DNA of 64,000 bases from Elusimicrobia bacterium CG_4_9_14_3_um_filter_62_55 (GTDB lineage Bacteria; Elusimicrobiota; Elusimicrobia; UBA1565): the NCBI GenBank assembly GCA_002790095.1, contig PFUL01000054.1, forward strand, positions 9,510 to 73,509, given 5' to 3'. A program made the translations under genes and the position numbers. The notes beneath the pieces are model-generated. The model made no database searches. It was not told where the DNA came from and was given only the letters and a program-made list of their open reading frames with translations. Of the stretch, positions 26,206 to 35,622 are shown one piece after another (within the stretch, counting starts at the first letter, position 1; each line of letters begins with the position of its first letter).

Positions 26206-28482
26206 ATGAAAAAGCTTTGGGCCGCCTTCGCCGTCGTCACCCTCGGATCCTTCGCCGTTTTAGGTTGGATCGGCGTCGAGATATACCGGAATAAACCCCC
26301 CATTCCCATCGAGATCGTCGACGCCTCGGGCGCCGCGGTGTTCGAAAAGGACGCGGTTTCGACGGGACAAAACGTATGGCAAAAACTGGGCGGCATGCAG
26401 GTGGGCTCGATTTGGGGACACGGCGCCTACACCGCCCCCGACTGGACCGCCGACTGGCTGCACCGGGAACTCGTTTTCGTGCTCGACGGCTGGGCGAAGG
26501 CCGCCGGCGCGGCTTCCTACGAGGCGCTGCCTCAGCCGGAGCAGGCCGCGCTGCGCGCCCGACTCACCGAGTTATACCGGAACAACTCTTACGACCCGCG
26601 CGACGGCCGCTTGGTCCTGCCCTTGGAGCGCGCCAAGGCGGTGCGCGCGAATGCCGCGCATTTCTCCGATGTCTTCGAAAAAGGCCGCGCCGCCTATGCG
26701 ATTCCGGCGGGAGCCGTCGCGAACCCGGTCGACGCCGACCGCCTCTCGGCGTTTTTCTTCTGGTCGGCCTGGGCCGCGGCGGCGCACCGTCCCGGCACCG
26801 CCCATTCCTATACCAACGATTGGCCACATGAGCCGCTGATCGGGAATGTCCCGACGCCGGCGGCGATCCTGTGGACCGGCGTGAGCGTGTTCCTCCTGCT
26901 GGCGGGCATCGGCGCCATGGTCTGGTTCTACGCGCGGCCCGGCGCGGAAGCGGAGGAACACGCCACCCCGCCGACCGCCGATCCGCTGCTCGGGCTGAAG
27001 CTCAGCGGCTCGCAAAAGGCGACCTTCGCGTATTTCGGCGTAGCCTGCGCGCTGATGCTCGTTCAGGTGTTGGCCGGCATCGTCACGGCGCATTATGGAG
27101 TCGAAGGCGACGGCTTCTACGGCGTTCCGCTGGCCAACTGGCTGCCCTACGTCGTCACCCGCACCTGGCATGTGCAACTCGGGCTGTTCTGGATCGCCAC
27201 GTCCTGGCTGGCCGCGGGGCTGTTTCTCGCGCCGTTGATTCTCGGCCGCGAACCGAAGGGTCAGACCTTCGGCGTTCTCGCGCTGCTCGGCGCCTTGGTC
27301 GTCGTCGTCGTCGGATCGCTCGGCGGGGAATGGATGAGCGTGTTCCACAAGTTCGGCGACTCCTCCTGGTTCCTCTGGGGGCATCAGGGCTACGAATACG
27401 TCGAGTTGGGCCGGGTCTGGCAGATCGGCCTCTTCGCCGGGCTGCTGCTTTGGCTCGGCCTCGTCGCGCGCGGGGTTCTCCCTCCGCTGCTTGAGCGCCG
27501 CCCCGGCGCCTCCAAACTGCTCGGCCTGTTCACCGTCGCCGCCGTCGCGATCGCCGGCTTCTACGGCGCCGGCCTGACCTGGGGACAGCACACGCATATC
27601 AGCGTCGTGGAGTACTGGCGCTGGTGGGTCGTGCATCTCTGGGTCGAGGGCTTCTTCGAGGTGTTCGCGACCGTCGTCATCGCGTTCTTGTTCTCGAAGA
27701 TGGGGTTGATCCGCGACGGGGCCGCCGCCCGCGCGACGCTGGCGGCGTCGGTCCTCTTCCTCTCCGGCGGCATCGTCGGCACCGCGCATCATTTGTACTT
27801 CTCCGGCACGCCGACCTCCGCGCTCGCCTTCGGCTCGGTGTTCAGCGCGCTCGAGGTCGTGCCGCTGACCTTGATGGGCTACGAGGCCTGGCATCACCTG
27901 CGCGTGGAGGGCGCGGCGCCCTGGGTTCGCTCCTACAAGTGGCCGATCCGATTCTTCGTCGCGGTCGCGTTTTGGAACCTGGTCGGCGCGGGGCTCTTCG
28001 GGTTCATGATCAACCCGCCGGCCGCGCTCTACTACATGCAGGGGCTCAACACCACGCCGCTGCACGGGCACGCAGCCCTGTTCGGCGTGTACGGTATGCT
28101 CGGCATCGGCCTGATGCTGTTCTGCCTGCGCGCCGCCGACGCCGGGCGCCCGTGGAAGGACGGGTTGCTGCGCGTGGGCTTCTGGGGCCTCAACGGCGGG
28201 CTGATGGCGATGTGCCTGCTCAGCCTGCTGCCGCAAGGACTGATGCAGACGATCGCGTCGATCGAGCACGGCTACTGGTTCGCGCGCAGCGCGGACTTTC
28301 TGCAGACTCCTTTGATGTCGACCTTGCGCTGGATGCGCGTGCCCGGAGACGTCGTCTTCGCGACCGGCATCGGCGCGGTCGTCCTCTTCGTCGCCGGGCT
28401 GCTCGGCGGCTGGTCCTACGCCCGGCCGACGACGCTCACCCCCCTAAAGAATAAGCGTTCCCCCGAACCGGCGCTGCGCTGA
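26206..28482 (+). CDS. norZ: quinol-dependent nitric oxide reductase (qNor, single-subunit NorZ type)
   Basis: ~760-aa heme-copper oxidase superfamily protein with N-terminal extension and His ligand clusters (HHLYFSG, HGHAALFG). AGGAGA 6 nt upstream of ATG 26206. Confidence 0.85.
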   Translation: MKKLWAAFAVVTLGSFAVLGWIGVEIYRNKPPIPIEIVDASGAAVFEKDAVSTGQNVWQKLGGMQVGSIWGHGAYTAPDWTADWLHRELVFVLDGWAKAAGAASYEALPQPEQAALRARLTELYRNNSYDPRDGRLVLPLERAKAVRANAAHFSDVFEKGRAAYAIPAGAVANPVDADRLSAFFFWSAWAAAAHRPGTAHSYTNDWPHEPLIGNVPTPAAILWTGVSVFLLLAGIGAMVWFYARPGAEAEEHATPPTADPLLGLKLSGSQKATFAYFGVACALMLVQVLAGIVTAHYGVEGDGFYGVPLANWLPYVVTRTWHVQLGLFWIATSWLAAGLFLAPLILGREPKGQTFGVLALLGALVVVVVGSLGGEWMSVFHKFGDSSWFLWGHQGYEYVELGRVWQIGLFAGLLLWLGLVARGVLPPLLERRPGASKLLGLFTVAAVAIAGFYGAGLTWGQHTHISVVEYWRWWVVHLWVEGFFEVFATVVIAFLFSKMGLIRDGAAARATLAASVLFLSGGIVGTAHHLYFSGTPTSALAFGSVFSALEVVPLTLMGYEAWHHLRVEGAAPWVRSYKWPIRFFVAVAFWNLVGAGLFGFMINPPAALYYMQGLNTTPLHGHAALFGVYGMLGIGLMLFCLRAADAGRPWKDGLLRVGFWGLNGGLMAMCLLSLLPQGLMQTIASIEHGYWFARSADFLQTPLMSTLRWMRVPGDVVFATGIGAVVLFVAGLLGGWSYARPTTLTPLKNKRSPEPALR

Positions 28483-28503
28483 CGAACGCATCGCGCTATA
28501 CGA

Positions 28504-28536
28504 AATCCCCTCTCCCGAATGGGAGAGGGGATTTTT
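28504..28536. terminator. rho-independent terminator (AAATCCCCTCTCCC-GAAT-GGGAGAGGGGATTT + T-run)
   Basis: 14-bp stem, 4-nt loop, TTTTT. 22 nt after the norZ stop. A-run on the other strand serves the convergent hemerythrin genes. Confidence 0.65.
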
Positions 28537-28540
28537 GCAA

Positions 28541-29011
28541 TTAGAAAAGCGGCTCGATCCCGACGCGGCGCAGGGCGCGTCGACAGTACGCAAGCGCTTG
28601 GGGACCTTCCGAACACGCCCGAAGCGGAATCACCGGCGCGCATTCCAAGGACGGCTCTCCCTCGCAAAGGGAGTACAGCCCCCCGGGTTCTTCCTCGATT
28701 CGGTTGTGCGGCGCGAGGATCGCGCGGATCGTCGCAAGAATTCCGGGTGTTGGAACGGGGACCAACAGCGCAGTGAGCGCGCCATGATCGGAATGAAGCC
28801 TATCCAGGATTTTTCCGACCGAGGGAGCGGACAGCCGCACCTTCGGCATCAGGTCGTGCTCCTCGACCCACATATGCCGCAACAGGCCGGCCCGAAATTC
28901 GTCGTATAGGGGACCGGGGGCGAGGCCGGCCGCCTCGACGCGAGCGAGGATCGCGTCGAGGCGGCGATGATCGTCTTCCATCGCGCGTGAGACCGGCCCG
29001 GAGTCGTCCAT
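28541..29011 (-). CDS. hemerythrin-like (HHE cation-binding) domain protein
   Basis: H..LD...H..EE pattern (DHRRLDAIL, HMWVEEHDLMP, HSDHGAL). ATGA overlap with the upstream hemerythrin gene. Confidence 0.55.
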   Translation of the reverse strand: MDDSGPVSRAMEDDHRRLDAILARVEAAGLAPGPLYDEFRAGLLRHMWVEEHDLMPKVRLSAPSVGKILDRLHSDHGALTALLVPVPTPGILATIRAILAPHNRIEEEPGGLYSLCEGEPSLECAPVIPLRACSEGPQALAYCRRALRRVGIEPLF

Positions 29012-29499
29012 CAGTGGGCGTGTCCCGCCCCGCCGCAGCAGACCGCGTAGCGTTCTTCGGGGAGGGCGTCCATCGACGCCTTGATCCCGCGGATCGCGTC
29101 GGCGTCTAAGCCCGCGTCGATGGCGGGATAGAGGATCTGCTCTTCCTTCATGTTATGCGCCTTCAGCACGTCGAGCAGCGCCTTCTCATCGAGATCGCTC
29201 TCCGGATCGGCAACGCGCACTTTGTCGTGGATGGCGTCGAGATACTTCTTGATCATCAGATGCTCTTGGCGCATTATTTCGGTCGGCCCGGAGTTCGTCA
29301 TCCCCGTGCGCTCCTCGAACAGCGGGAACAGGATTTCCTCTTCCCAGACGATGTGGCGCGACAGGCCGGTGATGAACGCCTTGAATTTCAGCTTCGCCGC
29401 GGCTGCGTCTTGGCGCTTAAGGCCCTGAAACTCCGTAAAAAGCCCGTCGAGCCGGTCGTGGTCTTCCCCGAAGTACTGCTTGATGCTGGTCATAGTCAT
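29011..29499 (-). CDS. hemerythrin-like domain protein
   Basis: HIVWEEEILFPLFE, EHLMIKKYLDAIH and HNMKEEQILYP are canonical hemerythrin HHE repeats. Confidence 0.75.
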   Translation of the reverse strand: MTMTSIKQYFGEDHDRLDGLFTEFQGLKRQDAAAAKLKFKAFITGLSRHIVWEEEILFPLFEERTGMTNSGPTEIMRQEHLMIKKYLDAIHDKVRVADPESDLDEKALLDVLKAHNMKEEQILYPAIDAGLDADAIRGIKASMDALPEERYAVCCGGAGHAH

Positions 29500-29525
29500 G
29501 CCGTCCTCCCGGCGGGTTGCGCCTT

Positions 29526-29560
29526 GATTATAGGATAGCCTCCCCCGCCTTGGAAAAGTA
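29526..29560 (-). promoter_or_regulatory. candidate promoter for hemerythrin operon: perfect TATAAT -10 on minus strand (29526-29531) with TTCCAA 17 nt upstream
   Basis: rc reads ...TTCCAAggcgggggaggctatccTATAATcaaggcgcaacccgccGGGAGGAcggcATG. -10 perfect, -35 weak. Confidence 0.35.
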
Positions 29561-29589
29561 TGCGCCTGAACAGGATTTTGGAAATCAGC

Positions 29590-30243
29590 TTATGCGGCTT
29601 CGCAGAGGGCCTGCAGCGCGGCGGCATCAAGTACCGAGACCCGCTTCCACCCGGACGCGATCCATTCCTTCTTGCGGAAGTCCACAAGGGTTCGAATGGC
29701 GGTCTCGGTGGTGCAGCCGGCGAGTTCGGCGATTTCCTCGCGGCGGATCGGAATCTCGCCGCCGATCGAATTCGAAAGCGTCAGCAGCACCCGCGCGACG
29801 CGAACCTCCACGGGCTCCCCCGCCAGCGAGCGCAGCGTCTGCGCCTGACGCAGATGGTCGCCGATCGAGGCGTAGACCACCTTCGAGAATTCGGGGAAAT
29901 CCGTCATCAGAGACGCGAACAACGCCGCCGGAATGCGGTACGCCTCGCAGTCCTGCAGCGGGAGAGCGCTGACCGGGTAGGGCTTCTTGTCCATCACCGC
30001 GATCATCCCGAACAATTGCCCGGGGGCGATGATCTCCATCGACGCGGCTTCCATGCGCGGAGAATACTTGACCGCCTTGACCAGGCCCGATTTCAGCACG
30101 AAGACCGCGTTCGCCGGATCGCCCTCTTGGAACACGGGTTCGTTTTTACCGTATCCCTTCGCATGCACCGAGCGAGACAGTCCTTCCAGCGTCTCTTGAG
30201 GGAGGCGCTTGAACGCCGGCAAACGCGCAAGGAAGAAATCCAT
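29590..30243 (-). CDS. Crp/Fnr-family transcriptional regulator (Dnr/NnrR-like candidate)
   Basis: cNMP-binding beta-roll plus C-terminal HTH (EIAELAGCTTETAIRTLVDFRKKEWI). Start at Met 30243 gives a TGATG overlap with the upstream gene stop. Sits between NO-reductase/hemerythrin genes. Confidence 0.8.
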   Translation of the reverse strand: MDFFLARLPAFKRLPQETLEGLSRSVHAKGYGKNEPVFQEGDPANAVFVLKSGLVKAVKYSPRMEAASMEIIAPGQLFGMIAVMDKKPYPVSALPLQDCEAYRIPAALFASLMTDFPEFSKVVYASIGDHLRQAQTLRSLAGEPVEVRVARVLLTLSNSIGGEIPIRREEIAELAGCTTETAIRTLVDFRKKEWIASGWKRVSVLDAAALQALCEAA

Positions 30244-31166
30244 CAAGGCCGCCAGCCTGCGGAGTCCATCGCCGCGCGCGCCTGCTCCAGCATCCATTCG
30301 CCTACGGCCGGATCGGGCAGCAATCCGCGGCCGTCCATCACCAGTTCGAGATCCTTCAACATGTCCGCCTGCGGGCCGAAGCCCGAAAGCCGGTACGGGA
30401 TCGCGAGCACCTTGCGTCCGGCGTCGCGCTCGCGATTAACGAATAAGCGGATCTCCCGCCGCGCCAAAGCCCGCTTCTCGGGCCAGTCGTCGCGCATCGT
30501 CGCGGCCTGGACCGTATGAAAGGGCAAGGCCCGGCGCAGCGCTTCGACCGCCGGCATCATCGACTCCCGCCATGCGGCGTCCGCCGCGTCGTCGCCGACC
30601 CCGTGTCCCAGTAGAAGGACGGACTCGACCGACGGATCCGCGCTCAGTTCGCGCGCGCGTTTAACGAGAATCCGCCCGCCGATCGGGCCGTCGAGCAGTC
30701 CCTCGCGGGTCAGCACGAAGCGGCTTCGCGACTCGACGCGCCACAACGGCATCGCGTCCGGTCCGCGCTCCATCATCCGGCTCATGTCGTGGCCGCTCAT
30801 ATCCCAATGGGCCGGGCGCGGTCCCGCGCCCGGGGCGGTCCCTAGAATCTTCTCGGTCCTGATCAGAAAGCTGTCCCCGCTCAAAAACAGGCGGACCACC
30901 GCGATGCGCCGCACGCCGCGGCGCTCCAAGAGGGAAACCGCCTTCTGCAGCGTGTCCGCGCGCGCCATCCCGAGCGCAAGTTCGGTCGGGAACGCCGCGC
31001 GAAGGGGCTCCAGCGACTCCTCGGCCAATTGATTCCACTCGGGCTCTCCGCCGTGCGCCATCACCAGCACGCCGATGCGGCCTTCCTTCGGGACGCCGGC
31101 GCAGGCGCAAAGGCCGGTCAGCGCCGCGATCATCGCGATCCGCTTCATGGCCGCGGAGTCTAGCAT
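30243..31166 (-). CDS. lipoprotein with two CbiX/SirB-like (class II chelatase fold) half-domains
   Basis: Lipobox-like MIAALTGLCACAG. GVLVMAHGGEPEWN and LLLGHGVGDD resemble CbiX-type HG motifs. Confidence 0.45.
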   Translation of the reverse strand: MLDSAAMKRIAMIAALTGLCACAGVPKEGRIGVLVMAHGGEPEWNQLAEESLEPLRAAFPTELALGMARADTLQKAVSLLERRGVRRIAVVRLFLSGDSFLIRTEKILGTAPGAGPRPAHWDMSGHDMSRMMERGPDAMPLWRVESRSRFVLTREGLLDGPIGGRILVKRARELSADPSVESVLLLGHGVGDDAADAAWRESMMPAVEALRRALPFHTVQAATMRDDWPEKRALARREIRLFVNRERDAGRKVLAIPYRLSGFGPQADMLKDLELVMDGRGLLPDPAVGEWMLEQARAAMDSAGWRP

Positions 31167-31167
31167 T

Positions 31168-31560
31168 TCACGCCCTCCTCTCCCGAAGCCGGTCGAAGAA
31201 GGCGGCGAACCTCAGCGTTTTGCCGCCCTCGGACTCGATCTCACGCGCCAGACCCCCGTCCTCGGTGACGACGACCACGCCCTTGCCGGAACGAATCCGG
31301 TGCCGCGCGGACCCTAAGATCGCGTCGTCGGCATCCCCATCCAACGCGAAGCGCACCCGCACGGGAGCGGACACCGGAAAAACTCGCCGGCGGGGACCGT
31401 CGAAAAAAATCTCGATGCGAACGCTGCCCTCGAGCGGTTCCGCCAGGGCGTTGACGCGTTCGAGAAACGCCTCGTGGCGGGCCTCGTCCATCTCCGGGAA
31501 ACGCGGGTCGTAATCGCGGCGGCGCACCGCGTTGGAACCGTCGACCAAGTACAGCCTCAC
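31168..31560 (-). CDS. NYN-domain (YacP/Rae1-like) predicted ribonuclease
   Basis: MRLYLVDGSNAV...VVVVTEDGGLAREI matches the YacP-like NYN (PIN-like) fold. 4-nt overlap with the upstream helicase. Confidence 0.7.
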   Translation of the reverse strand: MRLYLVDGSNAVRRRDYDPRFPEMDEARHEAFLERVNALAEPLEGSVRIEIFFDGPRRRVFPVSAPVRVRFALDGDADDAILGSARHRIRSGKGVVVVTEDGGLAREIESEGGKTLRFAAFFDRLRERRA

Positions 31561-33608
31561 GCGGCCTTCCTGATCGGCGGATCGGAGAGACGCGGGATCA
31601 CCATCCGAACGCTCCCATCATCAAAGCGCACCTCGTTGACCCACTCGGGCCGCCCGTCCACGGTCTCTTGCAGCTTCGCCGACACGATGCCGGCGCCGAA
31701 CTCCGCGTGTTCCACGACGTCACCGGGCTCGAACGCGACCGAGAGCGCGGACCCGTCCGCGGGAACGGATTCAACCGGAACGGGAACCGGCACTTTCGAG
31801 CCGTCGACTTCGCACGCGGCGTCGAGGATGCGCTTGAGAATAGCAAGCCCCGCGGCGGCGGGAGAGTCCGGGTTTCCCTCATCGGCGGCCTCGACGGCGC
31901 GGCGGAGCGCTTTGCCCGAACCCAAAATCACGACCTTCGTGCGCGCCCGGCTGATCGCGACGTTGAGGCGGTTCGGATTGAAGAGAAAACCCGCCAGCCG
32001 GGCCATGTAGGACAACTGCGAACTCGTCAGAGAAATAACGACCAGTTCCCGTTCCTGCCCCTGAAAGCGTTCGACGGTCGCGACGGATAGCCCTCTTCGC
32101 CGTCCGCAGAGAAAGCGAATTCGATTGCATTGCGTGCGGTAAGGAGAGATTACGCCGATCTCCTCCGCGGAGACCCCCAGACGCGCAGCCTCGGCGACGA
32201 TCGCGGCTGCCCAACGGGCCTCCGGCTCGCACTTGGAACGCTGATCCTCGTGGGGAACGTCCACGAAGATCAGCGGCTCCTCCGGATCGAAAACGGTCTC
32301 AAATCCGGAACCCGGCGCGCGTCCGAGCGAAAGGCGGCGCGCCCCCGCCTCCGCCGTCGGAGAAAGCGCTCCGTCGTAAAAGCAATCGCTGACAACGGCG
32401 CAGAGAGAATCGTTCAGTCGGCGCGTTTCGTCGATCATCGGAGGATCGGCGTAGACCTCGCGCACGAGTTCGATCGCCGAACGGCTCGCGGCCGGGTCCG
32501 AGTCCTCGCCTCCTCCCGACTGAACGACCGGGGGAAGCTGGGCGTCGTCACCGATAAAAACCGTCTTCTCAGCCAACAGCCGCGCCCCGAGAGCGAGCAC
32601 CAGCGGGGCTTGTCCGGCCTCGTCGAAAAGGACCACATCGAAGGCGGGCGATCCGCCGAGCTCGGCCGCGACATTGCGCGCGGCGTAAATCGTCGCCCCT
32701 GCAACGAAGGGCTTCTTGGTTTTCGGAAGCCGGTAGACAGGACGGATGCCGGCCGGCAGCCCCTCGTTGCGGCCCCTCGAACCTCCGAGCTTCAAGAAAC
32801 CGTCCGCGAGAAGCCCCCGCAGACGCGGTTCTTTGTCGAGGAATCGCTTCCCCACGAAGTAGGTTTCCCGCAGCGCGTGATGGATCGCGTTGTGCGCGAC
32901 AGCCGTGACGAGCACGCGCAGACCCTTTTCCACCGCGAAGTGCAGCGCCAGACGCGCCAACAAGTGCGTCTTGCCCGACCCCGGAGGGCCCTGAACCGCG
33001 TACCATCGCGGAGCCCCCGCCGCCCCCGCGAACGCCGCGGCCATGGAGGGCGGAAGTCCCTCGCCGTACACGGACTCCGGAGCGGCCGCGCCTGCTCCGG
33101 GAGCGTCGTCCCCGTCGAGCCATCCGGACAGACCCTCCTCTTCCGCTTCCCTCAGAATCCCCAGCTGGACGTCGAGAAGATCGAAGATGTCCTCGTCGAG
33201 AACCCACGGTTCCGAGCTTTCAAGAATGGATTCGTCCTCGAGCTGTCCGGATAGCCTCAGTTCGTATTTCTTGCCGTCGTAGCGGTCCTCGATGAGTTCG
33301 AGCGTCGCGACGGCCTCGCGCGGATTTCCCCGGCTGAGCCGCAAGCGCGTTCCCGGGCGAAAGCGCGAGTCGTTTCGGCGGCTGTGAAACACGAAAATTC
33401 TTCTTCCTCCCTGGGCTTCGACCCCCGACGAGAAGGCTTGATCGATCGCGAGTCCGGCCTTGACGCGATCTTCGACCGGAGATTCATAGAGGGCTTCTCG
33501 CCCTGAATTCTGGGCGTGGTGTTCCTGCTCCAGGAATCGCCGCAGCGCGGCGATCGAATCGGTGACGGGTTCCCAGCCCTGGCCGTGTGCGAGCGTTTCG
33601 TTTTCCAA
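31557..33608 (-). CDS. Upf1/DNA2-like superfamily I helicase (AAA_11/AAA_12) with ~200-aa N-terminal and ~90-aa C-terminal extensions
   Basis: Walker A GPPGSGKTH, Walker B VLFDEAGQ, motifs VERFQGQERELVVISL and LNVAISRARTKVVILG. Start 7 nt after the rlmI stop. Confidence 0.8.
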   Translation of the reverse strand: MENETLAHGQGWEPVTDSIAALRRFLEQEHHAQNSGREALYESPVEDRVKAGLAIDQAFSSGVEAQGGRRIFVFHSRRNDSRFRPGTRLRLSRGNPREAVATLELIEDRYDGKKYELRLSGQLEDESILESSEPWVLDEDIFDLLDVQLGILREAEEEGLSGWLDGDDAPGAGAAAPESVYGEGLPPSMAAAFAGAAGAPRWYAVQGPPGSGKTHLLARLALHFAVEKGLRVLVTAVAHNAIHHALRETYFVGKRFLDKEPRLRGLLADGFLKLGGSRGRNEGLPAGIRPVYRLPKTKKPFVAGATIYAARNVAAELGGSPAFDVVLFDEAGQAPLVLALGARLLAEKTVFIGDDAQLPPVVQSGGGEDSDPAASRSAIELVREVYADPPMIDETRRLNDSLCAVVSDCFYDGALSPTAEAGARRLSLGRAPGSGFETVFDPEEPLIFVDVPHEDQRSKCEPEARWAAAIVAEAARLGVSAEEIGVISPYRTQCNRIRFLCGRRRGLSVATVERFQGQERELVVISLTSSQLSYMARLAGFLFNPNRLNVAISRARTKVVILGSGKALRRAVEAADEGNPDSPAAAGLAILKRILDAACEVDGSKVPVPVPVESVPADGSALSVAFEPGDVVEHAEFGAGIVSAKLQETVDGRPEWVNEVRFDDGSVRMVIPRLSDPPIRKAA

Positions 33609-33614
33609 CGGGCC

Positions 33615-34829
33615 TCAGCCGATTTCGAGCAGCGCGAAATGTAGGTATTCGGTCTCGGGCATCGTCAGAAGCACGGGGTGGTCCATCGCCTGGCCGCGCA
33701 GTTCCAGCAGGCGAACGGTCTTCTGAGCTTTCGCGGCGGCCTCGCGCAGCATCCCGATAAACGCGCCGCGCGAGACGTGATGAGAACAGGTGCTCGTCGC
33801 CACGATTCCTCCGCGCCGCAAAAGACGAAACGCGTTCGCGTTGAGCTTCACATAGGACCGCATCGCCTTCGTCAGGTGCTTTTTGGAAGGCACGAGACTC
33901 GGCGGATCGACGAAAACGACGTCGGGTTGGAAGTTCCGGCGGGTGTCGGAAAACTCCGCAAGCAGTTTTTCCGCGTCGTCGACCCGGAATTCACATTTCC
34001 CTTCGAGCCCGTTGAGTTTCGCGCTTTCGATCGCGGCGTCGATCGCGCGCTGAGAACTGTCGATTCCGAACACGCGCAGCGCGCCGTGCTTCGCGGCGTT
34101 CAACGCGAACGCCCCGGAGTGACAGTAGAGGTCCAGGATGGTTTTCCCCTTCACGAACGGCCAAATCGCGCGTCGGTTTTCCCGTTGGTCGAAGTAGAAT
34201 CCCGTTTTCTGCGCGCCCTCCGGATCGACCTTGAATTTAAGGCCGTTCTCTTCGATCACCAAATCCTCCGGCAAAGATCCGAACACCGGACCGCTCTTTC
34301 CGGAAAGGCCTTCGAGCGCGCGGGAGGGATGATCGTTCTTCTGATAGATCGCCGTCGGATTCAACAACCCTCTGAGCGCGGCGATCAGCGGCTCGATCAG
34401 ATTTTCCATTCCCGCGGATAAGACCTGGAGCACGAGCACGTCGTTGAAGCGGTCGACGATAAGTCCGGGGAGATCGTCGCTCTCTCCGAAGCAGAGACGA
34501 TAGGCCGTCGTATTTTCGCCGAGAAAACGCGTTCGCCGGTTCAGACACGCCTCGAGCCGGTCCCGCAGGAACGCGGCGTCGACCGGAGCGGGCTCCCGGG
34601 AAAGCAGTCGGAAGGCGATCAGGCTTTTCGGATTGAAAAATCCCATCCCGAGGGTTTTCCCTTTGGAGGAGAACAACACCGCGAGCGCACCCGGCGCCGC
34701 GTCGGTCGGCGCCTCCTGCAGTTCGTTGGAGAACACCCAGCGGTGTCCGGCGAGCAGGCGATCCTCCTCTCCGGACTTGAGCTTCAGCGCAACGAGATCG
34801 GATACGGCGGCTTTGGGTTCATCGGACAT
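33615..34829 (-). CDS. rlmI: 23S rRNA (cytosine1962-C5)-methyltransferase RlmI-type, PUA + class I SAM MTase
   Basis: N-terminal PUA-like, central LDLYCHSGAFAL, DPPS motif and catalytic Cys (TSTCSHHV), as in RlmI/YccW. Confidence 0.8.
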   Translation of the reverse strand: MSDEPKAAVSDLVALKLKSGEEDRLLAGHRWVFSNELQEAPTDAAPGALAVLFSSKGKTLGMGFFNPKSLIAFRLLSREPAPVDAAFLRDRLEACLNRRTRFLGENTTAYRLCFGESDDLPGLIVDRFNDVLVLQVLSAGMENLIEPLIAALRGLLNPTAIYQKNDHPSRALEGLSGKSGPVFGSLPEDLVIEENGLKFKVDPEGAQKTGFYFDQRENRRAIWPFVKGKTILDLYCHSGAFALNAAKHGALRVFGIDSSQRAIDAAIESAKLNGLEGKCEFRVDDAEKLLAEFSDTRRNFQPDVVFVDPPSLVPSKKHLTKAMRSYVKLNANAFRLLRRGGIVATSTCSHHVSRGAFIGMLREAAAKAQKTVRLLELRGQAMDHPVLLTMPETEYLHFALLEIG

Positions 34830-35622
34830 AGACGGGATCTCCCGGTTGGATGCGGTATTGGGCCGCGAAATTCCCGTCGCGGACCGACAACTCGACGAGT
34901 CCGTAGGACCCGACGAGAGCGAGCGGCGTCCCTGGAGGGACCGACGCGTACGTCTTCTTCACAGATCCGAGACGCACGCCCCCGGCCCAAACGGCTTTGC
35001 CCTTGCCGACCTGCGCGGCCTTCAGCGTCGTCACGCAGTTGCCGAAGGCGTCCACATGCAGCACGCCGCGGGCGGGAACCTTTTTGAGACGCCGACGCGG
35101 GCGCGCCTTGGGTCCCAATCGTGAGGGATCGAGCCCCGAAACGAGTGCGGCCGCGACGGGGGCGAAAACGTCCCGACCGTGGAAGGTCCTGCTGATCTCA
35201 GGAAGAAACAGTCGGGTGTTTGTTACGCGACGGAACTCGAGCGGCTTGTCCTCGCCCGCCAGCGCGTCGAGCAGCCCGTTGTCCGGGGCCAGGAACTGTC
35301 GCTTGCGCCCGCGCGCCCACAATACGGAACGGCCCGTGCCGACGCCGGGATCGACGACGGAGACGAACAGAGTCCCCTCGGGGAAGAACCGCGCCGAGGC
35401 CGCCAGAAAAAACGCCGCGGCGCCGACGCGCTGAGGCGGCAGCTCGTGGCACAGATCGACGACCGGAACCCCCGGAGCGCGGGAGAGAAGGACCCCCTTC
35501 ATCATCCCCACGTACGGATCGCGAAGCCCGAAATCCGTAAGTAGGACGACGGGCGCCGGCCTCGACCGCCTTCCAACGGCGTCCGGAGGCGGCACTTCCT
35601 CGCGATAGCGCTCGGTCGTCAC
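34819..35622 (-). CDS. SAM hydroxide adenosyltransferase family protein (DUF62)
   Basis: VVLLTDFGLRDPYVGMMKGV N-terminus and overall DUF62 architecture. Confidence 0.8.
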   Translation of the reverse strand: MTTERYREEVPPPDAVGRRSRPAPVVLLTDFGLRDPYVGMMKGVLLSRAPGVPVVDLCHELPPQRVGAAAFFLAASARFFPEGTLFVSVVDPGVGTGRSVLWARGRKRQFLAPDNGLLDALAGEDKPLEFRRVTNTRLFLPEISRTFHGRDVFAPVAAALVSGLDPSRLGPKARPRRRLKKVPARGVLHVDAFGNCVTTLKAAQVGKGKAVWAGGVRLGSVKKTYASVPPGTPLALVGSYGLVELSVRDGNFAAQYRIQPGDPVYVR

